The position numbers and the translations under genes were made by a program. 58,384 nucleotides of DNA from Klebsormidium nitens (Eukaryota; Plantae; Klebsormidiophyceae), in assembly GCA_000708835.1 (NCBI GenBank), contig DF237512.1:1-58384 (forward strand), written 5' to 3'. Shown here one piece after another: positions 22,367 through 35,217 of the stretch. Position 1 is the first letter of the stretch; each line of letters starts with the position of its first letter. Below the pieces are notes generated by a model that worked only from the letters and a program-made list of their open reading frames with translations, searched no databases and was not told the DNA's origin.

Positions 22367-23614
22367 GCGCCGCGAAGATGACTAGGGCCAACAGGTCATC
22401 ACTTGATTTTGAATGACTCCAGTCTCTTGAGGTTTCTAAGGATAAAAAGACGTCCCGGCTCGGAAGAAGGTAGGAACTTGGTTTCAACAAGCGTGGAGTC
22501 TTCAAACCGGTCCGTTTGTACGTCTAAAAGGTTTCAGCTGGTGGCGTTGTGTTGGTATGGCTAGCGTGTGCTGATGGCTAGGCTAGCGTGTGCTTTCGAC
22601 TCTACATGACCGTACAGCTGTAGCTTTCATAAGGAACATCTAGTTTTACACTGGCACGTACGTAGGGCAGCGCGTGCATGGCTGGCCTCGCCTTTTGCGG
22701 AGTGTTGACTTTGTAGGTCTTTCGAGAGTTTGGATAAAAGGTACACCTATCTACAGACTTTGCTAGTATTGAAATAAGTGGAGGTGAGCGGGCGAGCTAC
22801 AAGCTGTCGTTTAGCATGCAGTAGCTGAATGAGGAAATGTAGTGTACTATAATGCCCGGTGTTCACTAAGTGTTGCTGTTTTTGGTAGATGATGTAGTAT
22901 AGCACCAGTCAACTTAGGAACTTTGCTAGCTCGGAATCGATTCAAAGTTCCTCGAAGTTCGAATTGTAATCACATGCCACCGACGCCATGCATGCGCGCT
23001 TGCAGTGCTGCGGCTGATCCATCCTCTCAGTTCGGCGTGCGTGTTCAGGTTCGCTGGATATTGATATTCCCAGTGTAGACCGCGTGCATGATTTACTTCC
23101 TAGCCGGCCCGTACAAGCGAACACTTCGCATGCAGTCAATGCAGCTATCATGGGCATCATTGCGAGCCATGACCGCGTCGCCCCGGGTGCAATTGCTCGT
23201 ACAGTGCATAAAAGAGATAGGTAGGTTACAGCGATCCATGCTGACAGCTTTCAGAATGCAACTCGGGCCTTGCGCGGGTCCAGCAACGATCGACTTGCTG
23301 GCCAATGACAAATTGCATGCATGCGCCGTGCGCCGATCGAGTATGAATAATTGAGTTTAGGCCTGTATCAAGTTGTCCATCATGTATACATCCGATAAAA
23401 GTTTACAGCTTCTTTGATTGGTGGCCGCGCAACTGAGTACGACGACCGACATGTAAATTTGAACAGACGATTCGCAATCAACACACGAGTGCAGCGCAAC
23501 AAATTGCCGCTCCGATGTACGCTCAGAAACTGCAGTTCACAAACAGGATTCGTGGTTGACACTTGTCCCAAGAGACCTTCGCTAAGGTCCCCGAAACCCT
23601 GCTCGCAGCCGGGT

Positions 23615-26600
23615 TCACACCTTCCCCCGCTTCCTCATCGACCTCCGCGCAACGATCATGGGCGTGTCAGGCGCCCCAACACCGTTCCGGTCCGTTACCA
23701 ACGTTTCCGTTTCTTCCACCGTAAGCACCTCGCTAACGGCTTCACTCAGCCCCGCTTCTGAAACCGTCTCAACCTCCACCGCAACCCGTTTTCTCGTCGT
23801 GGTCTTTTTCGGAGCCCTCTTCTTGGGCACCTTTTTTGTCTTTCCGTCGTCCTTGTTGGACATATTCCGTCCAGTGATGTTCGCGTAATCGTCCGGCGAC
23901 ATTCGGCTCAGCGGTCCGAACAGCGCCTCGTACTCTTGCCAAATCTCGAACCTGCACCATGCAAATCAATGTGCCGCAAAAGTCAGTGTTTGAAAGGGAT
24001 GGCCTTCGCCTCGCTTCTATATCAAAAACGAAAAACCATTGAAGGTACTTGACAGTAAGCGGGAATATGGGGCCCTCGCACGAGATCTGCCCAATGTCGA
24101 CTCTAGCATTGCTGCTTATTTGGAGGCACGGAGAACAAGGCGGCTTTGGCAAGCTCGACTTTAATACTGATAATATCCTGAAGTTTTGCGATTTGTGCAA
24201 ACGCCTGAAAGCTACGGGGCTGGTTGTGAAAAGCCTTGAAAATAAAAACAAGCTGAAGCTTCTGTAGCCCTCTTTCGTTGATGTTTGTGGGAGGCACTTC
24301 CAAGTGGTTACGGAGAAAACCCCGGCATTCGTGTCTCGGTAGTCACGCAAACGTTCGCATTGACGAGCTCGAGGTCTAATGCTTGGCAGCCTTTCTTCTG
24401 GTCACTTACCAGTACGCCAGAAACTGGTAGGGAGCGTAAGGAAGGTAAACTTTGGCGACGATCTCCTCAAGGTTGCTTGCGTCACAGTCGTCCTTTCGGT
24501 GGACCTGTATACGCGGAAACACGGCAAGTGCGTGAGACGGAGTGGTGGAAGTCTCCGTTAAAGGCGCACCTAAGCCGTTAATCAAGGTTTCAACTATAGA
24601 AACGACCGCGACCCCATTGCTACAAAGATGAACACGACGGCAGCTTAATTAGTGAGACGCACTAGATCCAAACCGAGACGTGACAAGGTGTCTTTTTTCC
24701 TACAGATATATGCAGAGGCGTCCAAATGGAGACAACAGCAGATTGCACAGCAAAGATATCGCTTTACAGACTCGAAGTCGAACCCAACCTTTACTCTGCC
24801 CTGATGTTGTGCCTGCAATGCTTGTAAACGACGAGTCATAAGATTCACAGCGGTGCGAGCAGCTGGATCGAAATGGAATTTCTGAAATGAGCCTACCTCC
24901 CGCAGATGCCGCGCCGTCTCCGAGTCCGCCGCCACTTTCTCAAACTCCCCCAAGCACTGCATCACGTTCGCCGCCGAGAAGGGCCCCAACCCGGGCATCT
25001 TTCGAACGGCCGCCAGCCGCTCGGCCGCCGATCCGAAACGCCCGGGGCCTTCCAACCGACCCAGGTCGTAGACCCCGGTTGCCACCCCCTTGGCGAAGCT
25101 AACCAGGCGGGTTGCGCGGTAACCTAACCCGCACTTCTTGGAGAGGGCCTTGGGGTCAAAGTCTTGGAGCTCGGCGGCGGTGGGGAAGTTGCCGAGGTGG
25201 GAGAGTTCAGGGGGGCAGCCGAGGGGGGGGCCGTTCTTTTCTGCCTGTTGCAGGGAGAGGATAGGGCATAAAGGTAAGCCCGATTGCATTCTCGAACCAG
25301 TGCTGAAATATTCTAGCTAATCAACTTTGGATACACAAGATGGGAATCAGAGTGAGGTTCCGGGAACGTTTTCGAGAACGAATCAGGCACAAAGATTGGG
25401 TGGAAGGATGTCATCCCAGAAGAGGGTCGTCGAATTTTGATACCTGTGGAGGCTTGCCCAACGCTCTTTAACAGAAAGAAGATGAATCCAAGTCAGGGAA
25501 TGGTTAGATAGCTACTAGTACGGAAGAGGGTCGCAGATAGATCCTTCTTTTTTCTACTTTTAGCCACCTCGCTCACTAAAAACAGTGCGTAGAGAAGTTG
25601 CATAGGAAGTGAAGAATGAACGGAAGGCGTCGGTAACCGAACTTCGGACTAAAATCTGGCGAGCGGCTGATGACGAGGTAAAGGTGCCCCTTCCACTGAA
25701 CAGTGACCTTTACGCCCGCCTTGAACCAATTTCTGAGATGGTCCGACAGGAGTGGCGGCGCCAAAAGGCGTCGAAAGCGAGATTGCTACCAAACTGCAAA
25801 GAAGCGGGTTGGAAGCTGGTTACAATATGGGTTAGGAAATGGTTAGGAGCTGGAGCTTGCCTGCAGCTGGCACAGTGCCCGGTTCATGCTGAGCGTGCGG
25901 CCCCAGCCGCAGTTGCACAACAGCTGCGTTTTGACCATGTCCTGCAATGGAAGAACCACGGGTCAAGGGCTCAATAAAGCGCGGCTCCCGACCCACACAA
26001 ACCTCAAAAGTGTTGAGTATCCACCAGATTTGAAGACTGTTTAATCGAAGGCAACTCAACCGATTCCTGTGGCAGACAGGCCACACTCCAGAATTGAGAG
26101 ACTGTGATCGCCCTTCTGACGTGTTTCGGATGAGTGAATCAACGAAGAGGGATGTCGTATCCGCAAGCCCTTCACACGGATTGGTATGCCAAAAACAAGC
26201 CTGCTAAGGACTCCAGCATCAAGGACACCCTTTTCAAGCTGTATTACTCTACTCTTAGGGCCGTTTCATTAAAGTGCGGTCAGCGAAGCGGCTTCACAAA
26301 GAAGCCAGATGTTTTAAAGGCGAGATACCTTGAGTTCTCCACAATAAAATCTCCACGCACACTTCTTGTTGTGTTGAAGCAACATGAAGACTATCATACC
26401 TCCCACAAAGTCGGCGACCGAAACAGCCTTCCAAAGCCCGCTGCTTTGGCACCCGGATGCATGTTCTGAAAGGCTGCCACTGCGGCGGAGTCCTCAGGTA
26501 GCAGCCGCAGCATGCGCCGCACTTGGGCCTGATGCACAGCACAAGATCTTCAAGAACCATACCAAAGTCTGGTCGGAGTATGAGGTTCAAATTATGAACT

Positions 26601-27846
26601 TCTTGTGAGTAAAGAAGAAGGGTTTGGAGAACGGTGCATCGGGGCGTTGTAAGGTGTGCGGTCGCCTGCACAGCCTGAATGTCTGCATGAAGGGGTCAAG
26701 GATCATGACTAAAAGACCACTGCAACAGTATGTCCAAGTGATTTGATGAGAGGTAGGCTTTTAGAACCATCGGACCCATAACATCAACCCAAGGATCCTT
26801 TTACTGTCATCTTGAGTTTGGTTGCAAAGATCCGGATTAGACTTGCTGAGTTTTTTCCTTACTATCCATATCAAAGAGATCGTTTTAATCACAGTCAAAG
26901 AAGGCTACAGCACCAGAAGAATATAGAAGTGACATCAAGACAACCATCGAAACCCTCATCACAGCAGGAACCCGGACTCATGCCATTCCTAAGATTGTCG
27001 ACTGTGCCACTCATTGTAGAACAATCTCCTCGCTTTCATAGGACAACCCAGACAAGTAAGCGCAAGGATGTTTCCTACCTGAATCACGTCTTTGTCCCCT
27101 TTCCCCATATCCCCCACTCCCACTTCTACTGACAGTACTCCAGGCTCATTGACTTTCATTGGGCCTATTCGCACCCACACGGCCCGCCCGTCCGCCAGCC
27201 TCAGCGGCCTCTCCAGACAGCCGCTCTCCTGCCCTGGTGGGAATAGCCACCTGTTCGGAGCAGCCATGAAGAAGCCATAGCTGACCACTGCCTTCTCTAG
27301 GTCAAAGTCTAGGGGCACAGACAATGTCAAGAGTGTATATATTTGTTCTCTTTCAGCTATAGGAGCTGATTCTTCTTGAGAGTTTGGAGTAACTGGAGGT
27401 TCAGCCAGGTTTGACGCCGGCCGAGTTGGTTGTGGGCTACTTAGTATTGGAGTGGTGTTTAGGTCAGATTGGGGAGTGATTCCCAAATTGGAGGGTTCCA
27501 TTTCAGCCCCAATCAAGATTGCTGCTGTCTTTGAAGTATCTATGGCACTACAAACTTTCCGGTGCTGACTCAGGACCTTGCCCCCAATTCTGGGAAAAGG
27601 GAGTTGGCTTTGATTGATGTGAAAATGAATAACTTTTGAATGGACAATGTTTAAGCCCGGAAGCTGTCTAAGCAAAGTACCACCGGTCCTCAGGTGGCGC
27701 ACCGCTTTCCGCTCATGGCATGTGAATCTTTCGCAGCGCCGGCTATCCACAGAGAAGACCGCGCCTCCCCTGAAAGAGGGAGCAAGGCATGAAGCAAAGG
27801 AGCAGCAAAAGGAGCGCCTGGCAACTTGCACAGCCTTGTGCATCAT
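23615..27846 (-). CDS. Plant HhH-GPD DNA glycosylase-superfamily protein (multi-exon)
   Basis: Exons read FDLEKAVVSYGFFMAAPNRW; AQVRRMLRL...FGRLFRSPTLWE; DMVKTQLLCNCGWGRTLSMNRALCQLQ; GNFPTAAEL...CGLGYRA...KMPGLGPFSAANVMQCLG; YAPYQFLAYW-FEIWQEYE. The N-terminus resembles a transit peptide. Confidence 0.85.
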
Positions 27847-27925
27847 CCAACATTTACCTAACAGCCTCCTGCTTGCTCCCGCCCTAGCTCAGGCGTCATA
27901 GGTTTGCATGCGCCGTGCAATCAAA

Positions 27926-27934
27926 TTAGGGTTT
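27926..27934. promoter_or_regulatory. Telo-box (TTAGGGTTT) in the ~385-bp divergent intergenic region
   Basis: Exact reverse-complement AAACCCTAA motif between two head-to-head start codons. Confidence 0.4.
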
Positions 27935-28229
27935 TGAAAAGCTGCTCAAGGACCTCGAACGTTATGTAACGCTCCATGTGAGTGCCAATGCGTGCTGCTG
28001 TCTTTATCTGCGTGAGGTTGACACAGCCAATCGTTGCTACACACAGATGCTAAACTCATGCGTGGGGTGTCCCCTAGCTTGGCCCACGGCTCCTTCATCT
28101 GAGACTGAGGCTTCAAGTTTAGAAATTGCTTGAAGTTGAAGCCAGAACTTGGCATCTGTTCGATCAATATCTTGACAGGAAGTAAGTGCAACACTGCAAG
28201 TTCAACTCGAAGGCGGACCTGAAGGCGTC

Positions 28230-30876
28230 ATGGGGAACGAGCAGCTTCCATCTGAGGCACCAATTTCCATGGAGGAGGAGATTGCTGTTGGTGGCGAGCC
28301 GAAGCAGGGTCCTCAGACTAACGCCGTCGCGAAGCTGCTTTGTGAGGTGATGGCGGTTCAGGCGGAGCGTGTGAAGACATACGGCGAGTTTGAGCAGTGA
28401 GGACATGACGATGCTCAACCAACACTTCGAGCAAATAGCGAGCGTCTTGAAGACTTTCTGAATCCAGCTATTAGGCTGTCTGAGCTGCAGCGGTCAAACT
28501 CTTTCTGGCTCTGATGTATCGTTGATTGCTTTCAGAAATAACAGACCTCTTCATTGTTTTTGATTTATAGATATAACAAGGAAAAAGCACTTGTTTACTT
28601 TGTTTTTTTTGTTTGAGATTTTTTAACAAAACGATGGATGATCTCTAATAAAAACAAAATTTAATGAGACTTTTTTGAATTAGATGCTAGCTGCGATCTG
28701 AAGAAGCAATCGAAATGCTGCTGCCTCAAGAGCCTTCGCTGCACTGAAGGGACTATGAACTTGTGAACCTCCTTCTGAAAAGCACGCTTCGCTGGCCCAG
28801 ATTGAATGCCACCATCAGGATCAGCAGTTCTAAAAAGATTCTGAAATTCAGGTGTCCTGTCGTCTCATTCTTGCAGGGGCTTTGCCACCTATCGCACGTC
28901 TGACGATGAGCAATCTTACGTCGCACTGTGTCAGCATGTGACCCAGAAATTCAAAGACTGCTCACAGCAGGTAATGCCGGCATCACCACGAACCTCTCAA
29001 TTTTACAACTTTGTTGTCTACATCACCCATAAGCATCAGCAAGGTCTCCCAAGATGATTTCAAAACAAATCCTTGAGCAGCACCTGGTTTGTCAGGCATC
29101 GCGGTGCAATCTCTGTTGCGTATCGTCTGGAGACTGTTTGAAGCCAATACCTCAATCAATCCTGGTGGTTGCGCATATTTGTTGCAGAGGGTAAACATGA
29201 ATCTGTTGAGAGCCAGATACTCACTTTACCTGAAAGGATCAATGTATTTGGTGGCTCGAGTTTCTGGCAATAAGGGTTTTTTTCCAACTGGGGCCTGACA
29301 ACCAATCAGCACGGTGCTCAGGCCTTGCGATAGGGTGGTTTTGGCATACTTGGCAACAGATCTCTTGGCTTACTCTGCTGATGTATGGTCTGGACCTTAA
29401 GCGTCCTCCTGTTGCCTCTCCAGATCATCCAGATTGAGGCCGCACTGAAAGAAGCAGACGTGAACAGGGCGGACCTTGCTGAAACCCTCCGTGCACTCCA
29501 GTCTCAAGAGAAGAAGAAGCTGCACATGGTAGGAAATTCCCTCCAGTCTATTCGCCTGTTTCTTCTACTTTGCCCTATGTGTTTGACCATCTCCTAGTGT
29601 ACCAGATAGTTGGTTCTTTCCTGTTTGCCTCATTTTATGGTGGCTTCTCATGGCTGCCAGGGCTTGATCTGGGGGCTGATAAAACGCCAGGGATTTTCGA
29701 GGCATGCTGCATGCTGTACCCGTCGGTTGAACAGTATCGTCTTCCAACTTTAGGGCACCTTGTAATGCAGTTTGAGGTGCAATATTATATCGGAAGTGTG
29801 CCCAGGTGGCCCTGTAGGATGAAATTCTGAGTTTCTGGATTTCTGGAAAACAGATCTTTATTCGTTGAGACAGCCATTTTGAAGACTTTTTCATGTCCAA
29901 TTCGCAGACTCTTTCAGGTCCGATGTTCAGACCTGGCTCTCTATCAATCTCAAAGGGAAAATCCAAGAACATTTCTTCTGCGTCGCTTGAAAGCGTAGCT
30001 ATCCGAAGTGACACCTCAAGTGGCGTTTACTCATTATTCGTCACATCCGTATGGCAAGGCTGTAAAACTGGGTTGGCGATTGGACATTGAGCTGACCCGT
30101 TGAATGTTCGTTCGCATGCTGCGCGTTTCTTGCTTTGCAGAATCTGTATGTATAGGCCGGTCGGCAAGTTTTTTTCTTTTGCATGTAAAGCAGCTGGATC
30201 TGGAGCAGGTCTGACTGATTGTGTATGTCTACAGAGAATAAACGATTCTCGTGTGCCATTTGCGGTTCGTTTGCACACCTCTGATAGCCAGCTCATAACC
30301 ACCTTTTCGATCAGTACCTCGTGCTCAAATAGAGGACGTTTCTTTTTGTCCTCTTTCAAAACACACACCACGCTTGCACTAGGAAGCATACTCCCACCTA
30401 ATCCATTTCCGTCACTTGCAGAGGACTTAGGAGAACAGTCCAAGTCCCTCAACGTCAGTCGAACATTCCATCCGCTTCTTCTCCTCCTTTCTCCACAGAC
30501 CGCCGTTTTGCAAGTCCTGAAGAAGGCCGGGCGCCCCTCAGAGCGGTCGAGCGAGCTCCGGGAGCAGTTGCGGCGGCAGCAAGGCCACCAGTGCCTTTCA
30601 GAAGCCGCGCTCAATGGGGCAGCTGCGCAGTCAGGCGGCCTGACGGAATCTCAAGAAGAAGCGGAGTACGAAGCCGCCGTGGGGGAGGCGACGCAGGGGG
30701 TGCAGGATGCGGTGACGGAAATAAACGAGAAGCTGGAGGAAATCAGGTATGAGCTTGCGGATTTAGAAGAGCCTGCGGAAGCGGATGGTTTAGAAAAGCC
30801 TGCAGAAAGGGGGGCGGTTGCGGGGGACGGCTTGCAGGCGGAAGGAGAGGGCTTGCAACCGAGCATAGGTCAATGA
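28230..30876 (+). CDS. REX1-B (required for excision 1-B) domain protein (4 exons)
   Basis: Exons read KLLCEVMAVQAERVKTYGEFE | GFATY...YVALCQHVTQKFKDCSQQ | IIQIEAAL...RADLAETLRALQSQEKKKLHM | TAVLQVLKKAGRPSER...EATQGVQDAVTEINEKLEEIRYELADLE, matching plant REX1-B/C19orf60-like proteins. Confidence 0.85.
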
Positions 30877-31804
30877 CAGGAGGTGGACAAAGTATTCTCG
30901 TGCGCTCTTGCACATGTAAGTCGGTCGAGACCAACAAATGTACGAGCAGCCTCGCACAGGACCGGCAGAGAAGAGTCGTATTGAAGATGCAAGCCAGAAC
31001 AAAAGTGCATGTTAGAATCGACATCGCCTAGGAAGACTGCAGTGACTAGTCTCGACAATGCTCTATCAAGTGTCTGTGACTTCTGGAATGACCATGGCAT
31101 ATACTTGTGTCATAGTGACGGCATAAACTGGCATGTCCGACTATATTCGTTTAATGCAGATTGCAAACAACCTGCCCGTGAGCTGGCCGGATTCGATGTA
31201 GCCCAACATGCATCTATGCCGCGCCATGGTGCCGACAGAAATTGCATCCATATGGCCTGCAGTACAGCCATATATATGCAGACCTCGCTTGACCATGGAG
31301 TATGCGCTCCATCAAACTTTCACGCGTAAAGCCCGCGGTCGCCCAGCGAATTGTCCCTAATGATCTGTGGCAGCATACCTACTAATTCTGAATCAAACGC
31401 ACGTGAATGCCTGTGCACATCACAATCACAAGTGTGCACTTACCCAGCCTACCGGGTCTTAACGAAACTCTCATCGCGGTAGTATACAGCGCTCTTAGCT
31501 AGCGTGTTGACTATGCACATGTGCTCCCACTCTTCATTCGGCTGGCTAGTGCCCCAGCTAGCTTGCCAACTTTTCTCGAGTTTCAATCAATTTTCAGTAA
31601 GCATATTGCATGATCCAAAAGATCGAGTTTGATTCCAGACAAGCAGTTGCTCGATATCCCGCATGCAAGAAGGATTCGGCTACTTATGGTGGTCAGCATA
31701 AAAGCGACAAACCGTCTATATTCTGTTTACATCAGATTTCATCCTCCTTTTCCATACTTCCATTCGTCTTCTCTGGTGAGGATTCTGTCAGGCCTGGCAT
31801 ACCT

Positions 31805-32797
31805 TCAGCTACCAAGCTTGATGTGTTGCATCAAAGCTAACGTGTTATCCAAGGCCTCTCTGAAGCACATCTCTAGTTCGCAAGGGATGTCTTTCTCGAA
31901 CCCCAGACGTTCTCGCTTGTTCTTCCCAGAGCTGCCCTTGGTTCCATCTGGCACTCCCTGCTCCTCGGGAATGGTCAAAGCAAACTTTGCACTTGTCTGT
32001 GGCACGTGTGTGAAAAAGATCCAGGGCTCCTGGAAGGTGTTGATGAGCGGTGCGCTGAAGATCAACTCCTCCATTCCTGCAGCCTTGGGAGAAGCATATG
32101 CACGATGGAAAACCCCCCGCCAGAACGCGGCTCCTGCTCGCGACAGACGAGCATTTTCCTTGACCCTGCGGCTTGTCAGATTTGCATGCACTTCAAGAGA
32201 TAGTAGGCCACCAGCCTGGCTGCGTTGTTCAGAACACCAGATGCTTCGGATGGCGTGATTGATCCTGTCTACTGAATACAGTGGGTGCAAAATGGAGGTC
32301 TCAGCCAAGGGCCGCCAACCGACTGCGTTGCCCAGATAAGAGCCTCCCACAGGTGCTTCATATCCCCACGCGAGAAGGCTCCCGCGCAGTCTGATCGCAA
32401 ACAGAAAGCTGGCAGTATCAGTTTCGCTGCTGAGCTGACGAAGCGTGTCTTGCAGCATAAAATCCATTGCGCTTGGTCGACTGTTTTGCTTCACCCATCG
32501 AGCTTCCACAAGCTCTTTGAACCCAGCCGCCGGCTGCAGAACATTAAGGATATCCATCGCTCCAAGGCGTGCTTCCAGCTCAGCGCTCTGTTGTTCGAAG
32601 AGCAATCTCTCATCAGACGTCATCGTGTCTTCCCAAAGGTCTGGGCCATAGAAAGCCTTCTTCCAGATGTTGGGGTTCGCTTTGGCCAAGCCGTAGAGGG
32701 GCTTGACGGCGCAAATGACTCTCAGCAGGGAAGGGGGGTCCTGGACCGCGAGTTTGTTCAGAACCAGTAGAAGCGCGTCGTTTGGAAGGCCCTCCAT
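31805..32797 (-). CDS. F-box-like domain protein (intronless), copy 1
   Basis: N-terminal MEGLPNDALLLVLNKLAVQDPPSLLRVICAVKPLYGLAKANPNIWKKAF is an F-box-like helix bundle. 330-aa open frame. Confidence 0.65.
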   Translation of the reverse strand: MEGLPNDALLLVLNKLAVQDPPSLLRVICAVKPLYGLAKANPNIWKKAFYGPDLWEDTMTSDERLLFEQQSAELEARLGAMDILNVLQPAAGFKELVEARWVKQNSRPSAMDFMLQDTLRQLSSETDTASFLFAIRLRGSLLAWGYEAPVGGSYLGNAVGWRPLAETSILHPLYSVDRINHAIRSIWCSEQRSQAGGLLSLEVHANLTSRRVKENARLSRAGAAFWRGVFHRAYASPKAAGMEELIFSAPLINTFQEPWIFFTHVPQTSAKFALTIPEEQGVPDGTKGSSGKNKRERLGFEKDIPCELEMCFREALDNTLALMQHIKLGS

Positions 32798-34256
32798 GGT
32801 GATCTGCTGCTTGGAGAACTTGAGAGTACGTCTCAAAAGGACTTCTTGGGGAACTACGCGGACGGCCAGTGTGATATCGCGGCAGAAGGAGATCCGTTTC
32901 ACAATTCAAGTTGAATTGTCTTTTGTTTGATCAACAGAATCATTCTTCTTCGAAGCGGCCCCTTTCGGTGAGGCGCCCGGCCGCGACCCCTACCCGCCCG
33001 GCCGCCACGTCAGCTGTCGGCCGTCCAACATGCACGTACGCTGCTAGCGGCGAGTGATCAGATGGAGCTTGCTTCATTTTCCACTCCCCGACTTCCGGAC
33101 CGCTTCCACAAGACCAAGACTTTAAAGAGTTCGGACCTCTTCAAGGCCCACTATATTATTCTTATAGTGTCACAGATTTGAGGCCTACGAGCTGACTTTC
33201 AAGTTGATATCATGCAGATTAGATTCCATAAGGAGTTGAGAACTCTTACGGCCATGTCCGTTGAACGGGTCGCCTCGGTTTTGATAATGGTCACGGCGGG
33301 GTTTAGAGCGGAACGCCTTATTGTCGTAAACCCAATTTGCTTTAAGCCTTTGCACCGGGTGTGAGCTTCTCAATGATCCTTCCGCTTCTACTTGAGCATG
33401 AGGTCGTGAAGGAGAAGACGTACTGAGCTTTGGAGAAAGGCTTTTATTGGAGGGAACCAGCTTATATATGGGTGCAACGGAGGTCATCGGAGTAACTGAT
33501 CACAGCCGTGGTCACGATGTAAGCCCTTAGGAACGTAGTCCGGGAATGTGCCCATGTAGATAATAGCCGCATTCATATGATTTTGGCAATGGTTCATTTC
33601 TCTCCAATCTCATCCCGGGGGTCGTAGTTGCCTGATACAAACATAAATGGAGACATACGCATCCTACTGAGTTCAGCCGATGCTCGATCAACACACTGCT
33701 TCGAGGCTTCATTCATCTCTAGCAAACTTTCTTCGGAAGAAGACCATTAAAATGGACAATAGACTTCGTAGACCAACTTCGATCAATTTTTCGTCATGTG
33801 TTGCACAACGAAAAAGCGTCACGGTGTTTCCTTAAGAAAAATAAAGAACCAGGATCAAGAATCTGCTTTGGAATCTCGTAACAAAGAGATCGGGCAGGCA
33901 GATGCCCCAACAACCGAATCTGAACTTTTTAGATTGAGTAAGCAATCACTTTGTAGCAATCGAAGGCCGGATGTTTTAGAACTCATATATAGGCCTTACA
34001 GATTCTCTTGACCATAGCTACGCGTAATAATACTTTGTTTTTACCCTCTACGCAGCAAAAGTGATCCGTTGATGTCATGTTGTTGAAATCTGCTTGATCC
34101 GATACACCTAATCAGGCCTGCACACCCTAGGCTAGCTCTCACTCGATGTCCTTCTCTATAAGCAATCCAGAGACCCGTCTCCGTCACCCGAAAAGCCCGC
34201 GAGAGCTCGTGCGACCGTCCGGCAAGGGCACAAAGTTTTCGACCAGGCTACCAGAC

Positions 34257-35217
34257 TCACAGAACCAATTGGGACACAACTCGTGGCCAAAGTCTTAGCA
34301 CGCTCACAGCACTCTGTCCGCCAAAGGGCAGGCCGTCTTTCTTCTTCGTTTGTGTGCTGCTTTCCTCTTGAGTTGCCGTACCGGGCTGCCCTTTTGCCTC
34401 AGTCAGAAGCAGACGCGCACAGACTCCTTCGTCAGCGAAAATTGGACGTGGCTGACCATAGCTAGTCGTGGAGATCCGAGCAGGGAAGCAAACTCGCTCA
34501 ACGACGCCGGGTTGAGGCCTTGCATCTGCAGTCCGCTGAAAAGCTCCCTGCCAAAACCCCATGGCTTCTGTCGGCGGATCAGCGTATCCAAAGGCATCTA
34601 ATTGACTGAGTGCGTGGATATCAAGACAAAGATCACCATATTCGGCCGTAGAAGTCGACCCTCCTCCCTGCCCAACGTTCAGTAATGCATCCTTTACTTT
34701 GTTTGCAACATATACGAAATGCGTCTGGATACTCCCCGACAAAGGCATCCCGGTTTTAAGGGACATTTCTTCCCGCAGCGCAAAACGTGACACTAGCCCG
34801 TAAGTACCCCACAGGAGCAGAGCGTCCTGTTTCCTGACCACAAAGAGAAACCACATTAAGTCATCACTTATATGAAGCCACCGGGGTACATTATGCTCAG
34901 ACAGAGCTGGACGTTGCCACCGAGCTGCTACAAGCTCCTTGTAGCCAGCCGCCGGACGCTGCCGGTCTAGAAAAGGCCGGAAAAGGAGGTCAGCTTCCAG
35001 TTTTTTCCATCTGCTGTTCGTAGAACAAGCGCTCATCTCCGACACTGTCAGGGAAAAGCTCAGGCCCAAGAAAGGCCGTCTTCCAGAGGTTTGTATTATG
35101 CGCGAGTTTGCTGTACAGAATAATAGAGACGCAGCTGACGCGCAGCAGAGATAGAGGGTCCTGGACGGCGAGCTTGTTCAAAACCAGCGAAAGCACGTCT
35201 TCTGGAAGCTCCTGCAT
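34257..35217 (-). pseudogene. F-box-like domain protein, copy 2, with a +1 frameshift in an A6 run
   Basis: MQELPEDVLSLVLNKLAVQDPLSLLRV... is clearly paralogous to copy 1 (shared DERLxxEQQ, PAAGxKELVxARW, FWxGxFxR). The frame switches at the homopolymer at ~35003-35008; this could be a sequencing error. Confidence 0.6.

Noticed and set aside
27900-28230. Upstream REX1-S/TFB5 ORF as in the Chlamydomonas bicistronic REX1 locus
   Set aside because: No TFB5-like small ORF is recognisable upstream of REX1-B.
33185-34011. Short ORFs between the F-box paralogs
   Set aside because: No motifs, coding signal or splice pattern supporting a gene.
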